DNA of 64,000 nucleotides from Podarcis melisellensis (taxonomy: Eukaryota). Under the pieces are notes generated by a model. The model was not told the origin of the DNA. It saw nothing but the letters and a program-made list of their open reading frames with translations, and made no database searches. The stretch lies in assembly GCA_964234715.1 (NCBI GenBank), contig OZ174282.1; one strand, written 5' to 3'. The position numbers and the translations under genes are program-made. Position 1 is the first letter of the stretch. Each line of letters opens with the position of its first letter. This document shows, piece by piece, positions 23,601-33,879 of the stretch.

Positions 23601-25918
23601 TTGCCCCTCACCAAACTACAATTCCCAGTACCACACCTCCCAAGTCACACCAATACGAGACATCCCATTTTCTCGTGTGAGATCTCGGCAGTTGTTTTGG
23701 GTGCCGTGCTCTCACCCCCCAAAAAAACACACTTTTTTGGGGTGAGAGCAAGGTACAGGTCACATACCTCACCCAGAAGTCCCAGTTTAGGGTTTTTTTT
23801 TTAAAAAATGGACATTTTGGAGTAGTCTTCATAATCTACAGTTTCTTTTTGGGAAGCAATGGCTGTGAAAGTAGCGTAAGAGTAGTTCAAGGCTCACCTT
23901 TTTGCCCTGGCTATGGACACCTGAGAGCTATACTCTCAGGTATACTTGAGGAACCCACCTTATTTCTGAGACTGCAAGTTGCTTAAAATTGTTTTAAATA
24001 TTGTGCTTTAACCTGCCCTGGGACCTCAAGGTGAAGGGCGAATTAACAAACAAACAAGCAATGCATGGAGTGGCTGTGACCTTTGCTTATACAGTGGTAC
24101 CTCTGGTTACGAACTTAATTCGTTCTGGAGGTCCATTCTCAACCTGAAAGCGTTCTTAACCTGAGACACCACTTTAGCTAGTGGGGCCTCCTGCTGCCAC
24201 CGCACAATTTCTGTTCTCATTCCTGAGGTAAAGTTCTTAACCCGAAGTACTACTTCAGAGTTAGCGGAGTCTGTAACCTGAAGTGTTTGTAACCCGAGGT
24301 ACCACTGTACCTGGTTTGGGCCAGGAGGCAAATGTGGAGCCCGGTCACATGATGTCGCAGCAATAATATACAAAGGTAGAGCTTTCCCCATCACTCTGTG
24401 CTTGGGATTTTTGATTATTTCCTGCGCATTTGTAACCCGCCCTTCCTCCAAAGGTTTCAGGATGTGGTTCATCCTGCCCTTTATCTGAAATGGATAAGGC
24501 TGAAAAGCAATGAGTGCTCCAAGGTCATCTGGCAAGAGTTTCATGCCTGAGTGGGAGTTTTTTTTGAGCCTAACTCTCTCCCCTTTCGTTTTTTTTGTGT
24601 CAGTGGGTGATTTCAACCAGAATTGCTCCATCAAGAAGCATTTGCTCATCAAAAAAGCCTTTTATCTGGCTCTCCCCATTCTTGATCCTGTGCCCTGAGC
24701 ACTACACCTGGTGCTGCTAGGGGCAGAAAACCAGACTTTCTTTAAAATAATAAAATAATAATGACTTTTTTAAAAAAATGGTTGCATTTTTGCCTGTTGC
24801 TCAGCTATTAAATAGACAGGAGTTTCTCTCCCTAAAAACCTGGCAACCACGGACTAAATAGTAACACGTTGAATTTGCCACAACAAATAGGTAAAGAAAG
24901 CCCTTAACAGAACTGGCCTTTTGACAATTGCCATGTAAAGTTCATCCCACACTTGCAAGAAACTGATCCTTCAGTATGGCAGTGTCCTTTGGTACTCCCT
25001 GCTCATTGATATTAGGCCGGTGTTATTGCAGTCTTCTTTTCAGTGATTGCTAAAAATCTTTTGTGTTTAAGCAAGCCTACCCAGACATATAAATCTGGCA
25101 TGTGTGTGTTTTTATACTGTTTATTTATTTATTTTTAATTCCTGGTTTTCTTTTCATAGAATCATAGAATTCTAGGAAAGGGACCCCCGAGGGTCATCTA
25201 GTCCAACCCCCTGCAATACAGGAATCCCGATACTGAAATCTTCAATGACAGAACCATTTAGCCATTTAAGGCCAACCTTTTCCCTAATGCATTATCTTAT
25301 TGGTAACTTAATGTGTGTTTTGCGCTTTGCGTAAACCGCTTAGAGGTTTTGATGACTAAGCGGTAAATCCAGTGCATTGTTAACCTGTGGAACTCCCTGC
25401 CACAGGAGTCGGAGATGGCCGCTGACTTGGATGGCTTCTGAATGCTAACTGTTGTGAATCACAAGTAGGGTGAGAACTGTTGCATTCAGGTCCTGCTTTC
25501 CTTTAGGCATCTGGTTGTCCGCTGTAAGGGCAGGATGTTGGACCAGATGGGCTACTCGCCTGACCCAGCAAAGTTCCTCATATGTTCTCAAATTCAATAA
25601 GATACAGCAAGACTGGTCTTTCAATGATGGTTTGGCTAAGTGGCTTGGACTTTTCCCTCTCCTGCAGTGACGGAGAAGAGACTTCATCTAGAGAAAGAGT
25701 TGCAGGAGATGTTCAAAGGCATCTTGAACCCCCCGCCGATGGTAGAGGTTGCGGGCGAAACATGGGGAGAGGAGGTGCAGACCAACCTAACCGAGTCAGA
25801 GTTGCCATCCTTGGAAGAGATTCTCTCTGGGCCAGACTTCCTCCACAAGAAGGTCGTTGTCTTCCTCATCGTGGGGATAGCCATGCTCTCAGCGCTGGCC
25901 ACTATGATAGCAATGTGA
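11466..25918 (+). CDS. SPACA6: Sperm acrosome-associated protein 6, spliced gene span; 8 coding exons identified (317 aa if exon 8 reads into TGA 25916-25918)
   Basis: The manually spliced, phase-consistent GT-AG exons encode a signal peptide, CLLC...C...C four-helix bundle, CIPPC/CSSC hinge, Ig domain (WKFA...IRP...HGTFACQI...FFYLNVT) and a TM helix. This is collinear with mammalian SPACA6 (ACLLCFTT, ACIPPCG, LPLDCP, WKFA, GTFSC, YFFLNVT). Synteny with miR-125a agrees. Confidence 0.95.
12501..12578 (+). CDS. SPACA6: SPACA6 coding exon 2 (DASEIEKLKDIFGRMIFFLEEKSMAK)
   Basis: Acceptor ttctttccaag|, 78 nt, phase 1-1, donor G|GTGGGT. The helical segment aligns with human YDERSHLHDTFTQMTHALQELAAAQ. 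Confidence 0.88.
12680..13220 (-). mobile_element. L1/Tx1-type LINE 3' end (degenerate ORF2 C-terminus + AT-rich tail)
   Basis: The - strand reads KPEAFLLGITGNKLPKDQRRLFTYATTATR...TREEWQTKLMDYAEM, typical of squamate L1-clade ORF2. Confidence 0.7.
13243..13628 (-). mobile_element. Sauria SINE (different subfamily from the 2.6/4.4 kb copies)
   Basis: Same head, body and tail layout with variant internal segments. Confidence 0.88.
13648..14087 (+). mobile_element. BovB (RTE clade) LINE, 5'-truncated 3' end
   Basis: Diagnostic BovB 3' sequence (GTATGGAAGTGAGAGCTGGACCATAAAGAAGGC...CTCCAATACTTTGGCCACCTCATG...GGGGTCACGAAGAGTCGGACACGACT) and a (CAA)n tail. Confidence 0.92.
15195..15343. mobile_element. 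hAT-type MITE (family also at 26569-26705 and 33557-33733)
   Basis: TIR C(A/T)GTGCTTTT...AAAAGCAC(T/G)G with 8-bp TSD TGTAGAAT. Confidence 0.75.
17192..17360. mobile_element. Tc1/mariner-pogo-type MITE
   Basis: TIR CC(A/G)TATTTTT...AAAAATACGG flanked by TA. Confidence 0.75.
17452..17520 (+). CDS. SPACA6: SPACA6 coding exon 3 (VPYPLAVKEAEKQVEKEMAQLKA)
   Basis: Acceptor ccctcatag|, 69 nt, phase 1-1, donor G|GTAATG. Aligns with human SFEVAFPDAAEKMKKVITQLKE. Confidence 0.88.
19168..19191 (+). CDS. SPACA6: SPACA6 coding micro-exon 4 (APACIPPC)
   Basis: Acceptor ctcctgtacag|, 24 nt, donor G|GTGAGT. Matches human AQACIPPCG. Confidence 0.92.
19291..19368 (+). CDS. SPACA6: SPACA6 coding exon 5 (GFQKEARQYRCSSCTMVDCLLPIDCP)
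   Basis: Acceptor ttcctcccag|, 78 nt, donor A|GTACAT. Matches human GLQEFARRFLCSGCYSRVCDLPLDCP. Confidence 0.92.
20290..20393 (+). CDS. SPACA6: SPACA6 coding exon 6 (IQDVHKSEGDVTLLSCGVKFEIPEDATFRWKFAKE), Ig domain N-half
   Basis: Acceptor cctcccag|, donor |GTAAGT. Ig B-strand Cys and the WKFA motif are conserved. Confidence 0.92.
21248..21467. mobile_element. hAT (Charlie-like) MITE nested inside another MITE (~20927-21501)
   Basis: Inverted relative to the 7938-8186 copy, with TSD GCTTAGAG/GCTTAGGG. The host element continues on both sides and matches the uninterrupted copy at ~63584-63780. Confidence 0.8.
23148..23304 (+). CDS. SPACA6: SPACA6 coding exon 7 (IRTNKVFLFQDLNFGFNPSLLIRPTLGSHHGTFACQIAGEDGVLVRKFFYLN), Ig domain C-half
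   Basis: Long polypyrimidine acceptor ...cctgcag|, donor G|GTGAGG. GTFxC and FFYLN motifs present. Confidence 0.93.
23420..23550 (+). mobile_element. Sauria SINE, 5'-truncated
   Basis: 3' half ending ...GGGGTCCCTTTACCTTTACCTTTA. Confidence 0.85.
24092..24307. mobile_element. Tc1/mariner-type MITE (TIR CAGTGGTACCTC)
   Basis: TA|CAGTGGTACCTC...GAGGTACCACTG|TA. Same family at 56141, 61173 and 63317. Confidence 0.88.
25668..25918 (+). CDS. SPACA6: SPACA6 coding exon 8 (VTEKRLHLEKELQEMFKGIL...LPSLEEILSGPDFLHKKVVVFLIVGIAMLSALATMIA), stalk + TM
   Basis: Acceptor cctgcag|. The ELQ..F...L and PSL.E.L motifs match human, followed by a hydrophobic TM. It ends at AT|GTGAGT (25914/25915), which is either a donor or reads ATG TGA. 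Confidence 0.88.
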
Positions 25919-26568
25919 GTTTCCTTGCAGTTCTTCCTGCACAGAGGGCTGGGATTCCAAAATAAAGCGACTTGCTTTATTTTATCTCGCGTTCCGTTCA
26001 CCTCATTTTACAAATAAAAACGAAAAGTACCAAGGCACCAGTTTCCTTGCCTGGAACAACCTCAGCTCAGGGGTAGAAGATGTGTTTTGCACATAGAGTT
26101 GTCCAAGCTTCAGTCTTTTGGGGAACTTCTATAAAAGTAGACAATACTGAAAACAAGATGGACAATGAGTGTAAGAAGATCGCTGGCAGGGTCAGTTCAA
26201 TGGCCAATCTCACAGTGGCTTGTCAATTGATTAAAACTAGTAACCTGCCTTTTAAACCAACTAACTGATTAAATCTAAGGGTGTCACCTGACTAAATAAA
26301 TCCAGGGTTGCAAAACTACACCCATTTACCAGGGAGTTAGCCCCACAGAGTAAACCTGCATAGGAAGGCCATTGATCAACGAACTGATTAAATCTGCTCA
26401 AATCTGCATATGAGAAACACCCATTTTAAAGGGGGAGAAAAGATCATTCCTGATTTTTTCCAGATAAGGTTGGCATACCCAAAGAAGATGCGTTTGCCTC
26501 CCTCCTCACACACAAGTGGAAGAATGGTGTTCACCATCTCAAGTGTGTTGTAAATAAGTTATATTAAA

Positions 26569-26705
26569 CAGTGCTTTTTTATCCCTGGGGGTACACTTAC
26601 CCCTAAACGTTTTGTTTAAGTTTGGCCTCATTGAGGGGCAGTATTTCAATATGAGTAGAAAAATGAGAGTACCCCTAAACAATTTTAAAGGGGAAAAAAG
26701 CACTG
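26569..26705. mobile_element. hAT-type MITE
   Basis: TIR CAGTGCTTTTTT...AAAAAAGCACTG with a perfect 8-bp TSD ATATTAAA. Confidence 0.85.
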
Positions 26706-28769
26706 ATATTAAAAAAATAAGATTGAAAAATAAACAAATAAATTCTTAAGACCACATATTTAGTGCCAGGTATATATATATATATACAGTTGCAACTCTA
26801 GTTAAATATATTTTATTTTATTTCATATTACTGCAATAAACAACTCAATAGTAGCCAATTTGTTCAGCATCAGCTACACTTCCTTTGTCATTCAATAAAA
26901 AGAAATTTGCTCCCCTGATTTTCAGGCCAGTGGAGTCAAAGTTCTGAAGCAAATAAATAAATAAATGTTTTTCAGATGGATCCATCCATTCAGTTTTCAC
27001 CTATTTGAAACCTTACATGCTTAAAACAATTTAAGAATGGGCTTAGTGATGAACAAAGGTATTCATCCGTCCCTGGTCACATTATATTTGAAACCTTGCA
27101 TTTCAGAGCAGCTTTTTTCCCACCCAACAGATTTTTATTTTTAGAAGCTTTTTGTATTCCTACATTTTTGCATTTGGAAGCCTCAGGTTACTTCTCTCAT
27201 CTCTCAAAAAGAGCTGGGTTTTTAAAAATAGTTTGATCTGTTAAGCCCTGGAAGTATAATTACCCCAATTCCCATTGTTAGAGGGAAAAGTTGTCCTTTC
27301 AAAATATTTTCCCCATCTTCAAGAGCTCCCAAAAACACATTAAAAAGTGCTCTGTTATGCATGTAGCTCTGCTGATTATATTTGGCCGGCTAAACATCCT
27401 ACACATTTTTTTGTTTTGAGATTTAAAGCACTTTTGAGATGAAGAGCACTTTCTCCCACATAAGAATGCAGCCTTGATTAATCTTATCTCTTAAGCAGCT
27501 GCTAAGAGATGTTAGTTTTAAGTATTTGGAACAGCCATTGAACTAAGCATCAACTCTCTATTTGCTCCTTAGGACAATTTATCGCTGGGCTACAGACATC
27601 AAACTGTGAATTGGGAGGAACTTCACAGAACATTCCTCCCTTCCCCTCTACCAATTCCTTTTTGCTGTGCCTTGGTAAGGACTGTACAAGGATGACATCA
27701 CCATTACGACACAATTAAAAGAATAATAATAATCCAGGTCACACATTGGAACTTCTAAGGACAAGTTATGCGTTTTGCAATTTGTACTCAAGATAATCTC
27801 TCTTCCATTTAATGACCGGGTGGGTGGACTGGTGACTAGCAAAAACTCCAAAGCGTGCATCTGTCTGTCTGTTGTTTGTTTGAGCCTGTCTGAGCCTGTC
27901 ACAACAAAAGGAAAAAGCACATTGGGTCCTCTCTGGGCTGTTTTAGACGTTTCTCCCGCACTCATCCCCATTAAGAGGTCCCCCCCCCTCCAAATTTCTG
28001 CAGAGCATAGGGTTGTGCCAAGCCTACTGATATCTCCTTCCTGCTAAGCGAGCAAGGCACTCAAATCTGAAAATGGAGAGATTAGAAGACACAAAATCTA
28101 CAAGGTCAGAGCTGTATTACGGTATAGCTCAGTAAGAGGGCATCTGCTTTGCATGTGGAAGGTCCCAAGTTCAAGTCCTGACAAGGCTTGAAACCTTGTA
28201 GAGCTACTGCCACGCAGTGTGGACTAGATGGACCCACTTTCTGACTGGACCTGCCTGCTGCAGCGAAACCAAAAGAAGTTTTCTAAATGGAAATTAAGCC
28301 AAGGATTATGAGCTGGTCCTGCAACAAAATGTTGCCGTGTGGCCTGTTCCCTGTTCAGGATTCCGTTCCCTCAACACCCAGGTTCCACTCCATCCCCGCA
28401 AAAGTCTGTCTGTATTCCACGTCACGGGAGACAGTCAAGTAAGAAACTAATAGTGCAAAGTAGGAATTTATTAACATGGGAATTAACACATTCCTCTAGG
28501 ACAGGGTTCGCCAAACTTGGCCCTCCAGCTGTTTTTGGACTACAGCTTCCATCATCCCTAGCAAGGAGGACCAGTGGTCAGGGATGATGGGAACTGTAGT
28601 CCCTAAACAGTTGGAGAGACCCAGGTTTGGGAAAGGCTGCTCTAGGAATTACTAGAAGGGTGGGAAACCTGTGCATCTCCAGATGTTGTTGGAACTCCCA
28701 TCAATTTCAGCCCGCATGGTAGGGATAATGGGAGTTGTAGTCTGGCAATGAATGGACACAGGTTAACCT

Positions 28770-29140
28770 CCACTGAACTGGTCACCTCGCCTCAAGAAGG
28801 ATATTTGGGGAAGTTCAGAAAAGGGCAGACAAAATGATTGAGGGGATGGAATGGCTTCCCCAAGGTTGCAGCATTTGGGACTTTTTAGTTTATAGAAAAA
28901 GCAAGTAGGAGATGACATGATATATAAGTTTATACTAGGCATGAAGAAAACAGAGAGAGAGAAGTTTTCCTTCCTCTCTCATACATAACCCTGGAACTCG
29001 GGAACATCCAAGGAAGATAAAAGAAAGAGTTCTTCAGGCAGTTAAACTTTGGAACTCACTGCCACAGGAGTCAGCGATGGTCACCAACTTGGGGGCTTTA
29101 AAAGAGGACTGGGCAAATTCATGGTGGGCAAGGCTAGCCA
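28770..29140 (+). mobile_element. CR1 LINE 3' fragment, degenerate
   Basis: ...CTCAAGAAGGATATT...GTTCAGAAAAGGGCAGACAAAATGATTGAGGGG...TGGAACTCACTGCCACAGGAG, typical CR1 ORF2 3' sequence. Confidence 0.7.
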
Positions 29141-30413
29141 TGGTTACTAGTTGCAACGGCTATACTGTGCTTCCACAGCTGGAGACAGCAAAGTGTTGAA
29201 TATCATTTTATGGAAACCACAGGAAGGAAGGAAGGAAGGGAGCGCTTGGGTCCCGCTTGCAAGTTTCCTATAGGCACCTGGTTGGCTGCTGTGAGAACAG
29301 GATGCTGGACTAGAGGGGCTAGTGGCCTGATCCTGCAGCCTACTCTTACATTCTCATGACTAGAGCAGGGCTGACGAATCTGTGGCCCTCCAGAAGTTAC
29401 TGAGCTCCATCTCTCATCAGTCCTGGCCAGTATTACCAGGAGGCAGGGATGATGGGAATTGTAGTCCAGCAACATCTTTAGCATGGCAAGTTCCCCATCC
29501 CTGCTGTGCAAAAGGCAGAAAAGATCATGTTTCCCTGGTGGCTTGGGGCAGTTATTATAGGAAGGAAATTGACTTCACTCCAAACTATTCAGAACTATCA
29601 CCCTACCCTGTTTCTGGGATGCCTCTAAAAACAGGCAGTTACAGATCTTTGAAAGGGAGCTGTGTGGAATTTCCAAATGAGAAGAAACATTTCTTCTTCC
29701 AACAAAGCTATTTCATTTTTAAGTTTCCTTCTCTTGGTGAATATGGGCTGCTGAAATTGGCAGTGTTCAAATCATCAGTGGCATTGTACTTGGGTGATTT
29801 TAGATTCTGAATTGAATAAGTTTAAAGAGTGGGCCCTGGGGCCACAATTAACAACTCTGCACTGAATAGAGCTCCAAGAGCTGATGGATCTTCACCTCCA
29901 CAGATCGAGTGGAGATAATCTGGCAGATCCGCCTGAGCTAATCAAAGACACTTGATTAGATCACTGATTGTTGGGTATTGCCTTTTCCTCCTGACTCATT
30001 TGCCCCCAAGGGTAATAGGCCCACCCTAGACTCCATCCATCCCTCTTCAATGGGTCTTGGGAGGGGGGTCTTTGCTATCCACACATAACCAAAACAGCAA
30101 AAGGTCTTCTGGGGGTACCTTAAAAAAACCCAAAACCTAACTTATATTACAAGTACATAACGCATGAAGCCTGGTGTGGTTTCTCTTAATTATGGAAGTT
30201 AACATAAAGCATGTGTTTGGCTAGGGGTCAAATTGAAAAGAAGAACATGCTAACTTCTCAAGTGTTTCTCAGAGCTTTATGTGCACATGCGTGGTGTTAA
30301 TATAGCACCCAAACTCTTTCGGCCAGGTATGGAATCCATTTGACGCTCCTTAAATAAGATGGGAGACTGCAGAGGGTGTCTTGGACTAGGCAGCTCTTGT
30401 AACAACCTATATA

Positions 30414-30669
30414 CTGTATTTTTCGCTCTATAAGACGCACCAGACCACAAGACGCACCTAGTTTTTGGAGGAGGAAAACAAGAAAAAAAAATATTCTGAA
30501 TCTCAGAAGCTAGAACAGCAAGAGGGATCGCTGCGCAGTGAAATCAGCAATCCCTCTTGCTGTTCTGGCTTCTGGGATAGCTGCGCAGCCTGCATTTGGT
30601 CCATAAGACGCACACACATTTCCCCTTTTTAGGAGGGAAAAAGTGAGTCTTATAGAGCAAAAAATACGG
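30414..30669. mobile_element. Tc1/mariner-pogo-type MITE
   Basis: TIR CTGTATTTTTCGCTCTATAAGAC / GTCTTATAGAGCAAAAAATACGG with TA flanks. Confidence 0.82.
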
Positions 30670-31299
30670 TAATAACAAAAAGCAAGAGTTGTATTGATCG
30701 GTGGATACATTACTTTGTCAAGAAAAACTGAAAACAAATATTCTTAAAATTTAAAAAATAAATAAATGAGGCATAAGTTTTCGTGCACTGTGGATTCGTG
30801 AAGCATTATTCTGAATTATAGGTATTTTTACACATGGGTTGGTGGGGGTGGTAAAAAGCGAGAACCTTAAAGTGCCACAGGAGGCTTTGTAGCGCTCTGC
30901 TGCAAAAAGAATAACGAAGAAACTGAAACATAAAGGTAACGCAGGACTGTGAGGAACACATATTTGCAAACACAGGTGTTAGGTAAGAGACAAAGGAGGA
31001 GTCCAAGGGTACCTCGATAAACTGAGGCTGCAGCCCTAATTCCCATTTACCTGGTTGTAAATTCAGTAGGGTTTACTTCTGAGTAGACACAGGATTGTGC
31101 TGTAATGCATTTATTTTTCACATAAACCATTTGCTATTTTCTTCTTCTGCATAGGCTGCGTACACACTCCTGTTTACTCGACATCCGGTATATTCCCACT
31201 CTTGGTTTGGGAAGCAGAGTACACCTGGCGTCAGCCACAAACCCATGTCCATCCTGTCGAAACATTCCATCTTGATCTATCTCCCCTCCAAATTGAGAA

Positions 31300-31660
31300 A
31301 ATAATAATAATAATTTTATTGTTTATACCCTCCCCATCTGGCTGGGTTTCCCCCAGCCACTCTGGGTGGCTCCCAACAGAATTAAAAGCACAATAAAACA
31401 CCAGACATTAAATACTTCCCTAAACAGGGCTGCCTTCAGATGCCTTCTAAAAGTCAAATAGTTGTTTATTTCCTTGACATCTGATGGGAGGGCGTTCCAC
31501 AGGGTGGGCGCCACTACCGAGAAGGCCCTCTGCCTGGTTCCCTATAACCTCACTTCTCGCAGCGAGGGAGCCACCAGAAGGCCCTCGGAACTGGACCTCA
31601 GTGTCTGGGCTGAATGATGGGGGTGGAGACGCTCCTTCAGGTATACTGGGCTGAGGACAT
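31300..31660 (-). mobile_element. L2 LINE 3' end
   Basis: The - strand reads APTLWNALPSDVKEINNYLTFRRHLKAALF (L2 ORF2 end) followed by a (TAT)n tail. Confidence 0.85.
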
Positions 31661-32242
31661 TTAGAAAAGTCATGGCCTAGCTGTGTTTCATGTAAGGTGT
31701 GCCTCCTCTGGAAATTAGCAAGAGGAAACCAGGACTGGCCACAGATGCTGGCGGTAGCTGTTGTTAGTCTATACATCTTAAGTCAAACATACAAGGTAAT
31801 ATGAGCCCTGATAAGATAGGTATTGACGTAAAACCAAATGAAATATGTTCAAGTGTGTTGTAGCCAGAACTGTGTGATCCTCAGACCATTGCATAATGAG
31901 TGGTGGGGGTTTCTCTTCCATGATCCAAGTATAAAATCTCTCTTGCAACCATAAGGCCTTGCAATGTCCACTTTTGTTGCCCTACCTTCCATCAGTACAT
32001 GATCATCTGCAAACAGGAAGGATTTTGACCGATACCAAATTGATGCAGGCAACAACTTCAGACCAGAAATAATCTGACAAAGCCAAACCACATGCCTCAA
32101 TTGACATCTGTACAATACAAATGCCTTTCTATGCAAATGTTGTCGAGTCCAGTATACATGGGGTGCTACTTTTTGCCAGATCAAACTCAATTTCACATCC
32201 AAGGAAACATTCCATTTGGATTCTAAAGTAATTCGTTTAGGG

Positions 32243-32564
32243 CAGGGGTCAGCAACCTTTTTCAGCCATGGGCCGGTCCACCGTCCCTCAGACCATATAG
32301 AGGGCCAGACTATTTTTTTTGGGTGGGGGGAGAGCGAATTCCTATGCCTCACAAAAAACCCAGAGATGCATTTTATATAAAAGGACACATTCTATTCATG
32401 TAAAAACACCAGGCAGGCCCCACAAATAACCCAGAGGTGCATTTTAAATAAAAGGACACATTCTACTCATGTAAAAACACAATAATTCCTGGACCGTCCG
32501 CAGGCCGAATTGAGAAGGCGATTGGGCCGCATCCGGCCCCCGGTCCTTACGTTGCCTACCCCTG
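32243..32564. mobile_element. hAT (Charlie-like) MITE with internal tandem duplication
   Basis: TIR CAGGGGTCAGCAAC...GTTGCCTACCCCTG, perfect TSD GTTTAGGG, duplicated ~70-bp internal block. Confidence 0.88.
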
Positions 32565-33879
32565 GTTTAGGGTTTATAACACCTTCTGGTTCCCTATTCC
32601 ACACGTCTCTACGACAGGTTCCCATGTTGGTGTAGATAGGCCACTGGCCTAATCCTGCACCTTCTTTTTCATTTCATTCTTAAATCAGCCTGCCTAAGCA
32701 GGCTCAACCTGGACACACTATTTGATTTAAAATCTGTTCCATGTTTCTCTAAGTTTATTGTTTTAAAATCATTTTTAGAAGCATCCCCATGTTCTAAAAT
32801 ACGCTTCCCTTCTTTTCAGCTGTATTTTTTAATCACAGATATGTTTGCAGCCCTGGGATCCTCTGGGAGGGAAGAAATAAATATAATAAATGAAACAAGG
32901 TAACTAAACAAAATGTACCTGTTCCTACTAAAGCTCATTTCCAAGTACAGCAATGTTTGTTCCAGGAGCCTGAAGCCTTGACATCTGGTTTAAGAATGAT
33001 TTGGTTTACCAACTCATAGTGTCTTGGTTTGAGGACTTTACCTTGGTCTAAGAATGGAAACCAAACGGTGGAAGGGCACCAGCGGCGGGAGGCCAAATTA
33101 GGGAAAGCGCGCCTTGGTTTAAGAATGGTTTTGGTTTAAGAACGGACTTCCGGAACGGATTAAGTTCGTAAGCCGAGGTACCACTGTACTAGTAGTCCTG
33201 AGACAGCTGGATACCAATCAAATCACTATCTAAAATAATAACATTATGTTTATAAATGCCATCAGTTAAGGTTTGGTTAACTACAATAACATTTTTTTTT
33301 AAAATGTATACTGTACAAGTTTTTCCCCTCCTGGTTCTGTTTTGTTTTTCTACATGGGTGCTATTCTTTTCCTTCTTCTTTGCATCTTACTTTACTCTGT
33401 GTACTTGCAATTATGTACTTTTTATATTTCAATAACGAATATTATATAATAATAAATTTATTATTTCGGTCACAGACCAGTTCCAGCTCACATACAATAT
33501 CAGGGAAGTCATAAAACATGATAGGGATACATTTGAATGTGCAAATGTGCAACATACAGTGTTTTTTTCTTTAAAAAAAATGTTTAGGATTACTCTCATT
33601 TTGACTCGAGAAGATAATCATTTTATAGTTCAGATTGGGAAAAATAAATAACAGTAAATGGGCAAAAGGACAAACATTCACAAAATGTTTCGGGGTATGC
33701 ATACCCCTGTGTCCCCCCAGAAAAAAAGCACTGTATACATATAAACTGCATGGGGGTGTTATTGCTTTGCTTGTTACTATGTTATGCATTTTTGTGTTTT
33801 TATTTTGCAAACTGCCCTGTGATCGACCTCAGATAAGGGCGGTGTAGAAATTAAATTAATCAGATTAGAAAGAACGCCT

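Noticed and set aside
24970-25040. TGGCAGTGT miR-34/449-like seed (would suggest a BTG4/miR-34b/c locus)
   Set aside because: It sits in a degenerate L2-type tail. The remainder does not match miR-34 and there is no convincing hairpin.
28115-28185. tRNA-like sequence with A/B boxes (similar ones at ~19545 and ~52565)
   Set aside because: Degenerate, with no intact cloverleaf or acceptor stem. These are tRNA-derived SINE heads.
29750-29815. Second TGGCAGTGT with a partial fold-back
   Set aside because: Only about 8 bp pair, and the sequence after the seed is unlike miR-34/449.
31155-31275. Candidate terminal SPACA6 exon after the acceptor ttcttcttctgcatAG
   Set aside because: The phase-compatible frame (LRTHSCLLDIRYIPT...) shows no recognisable similarity to known SPACA6 tails, so it cannot be supported without transcripts.
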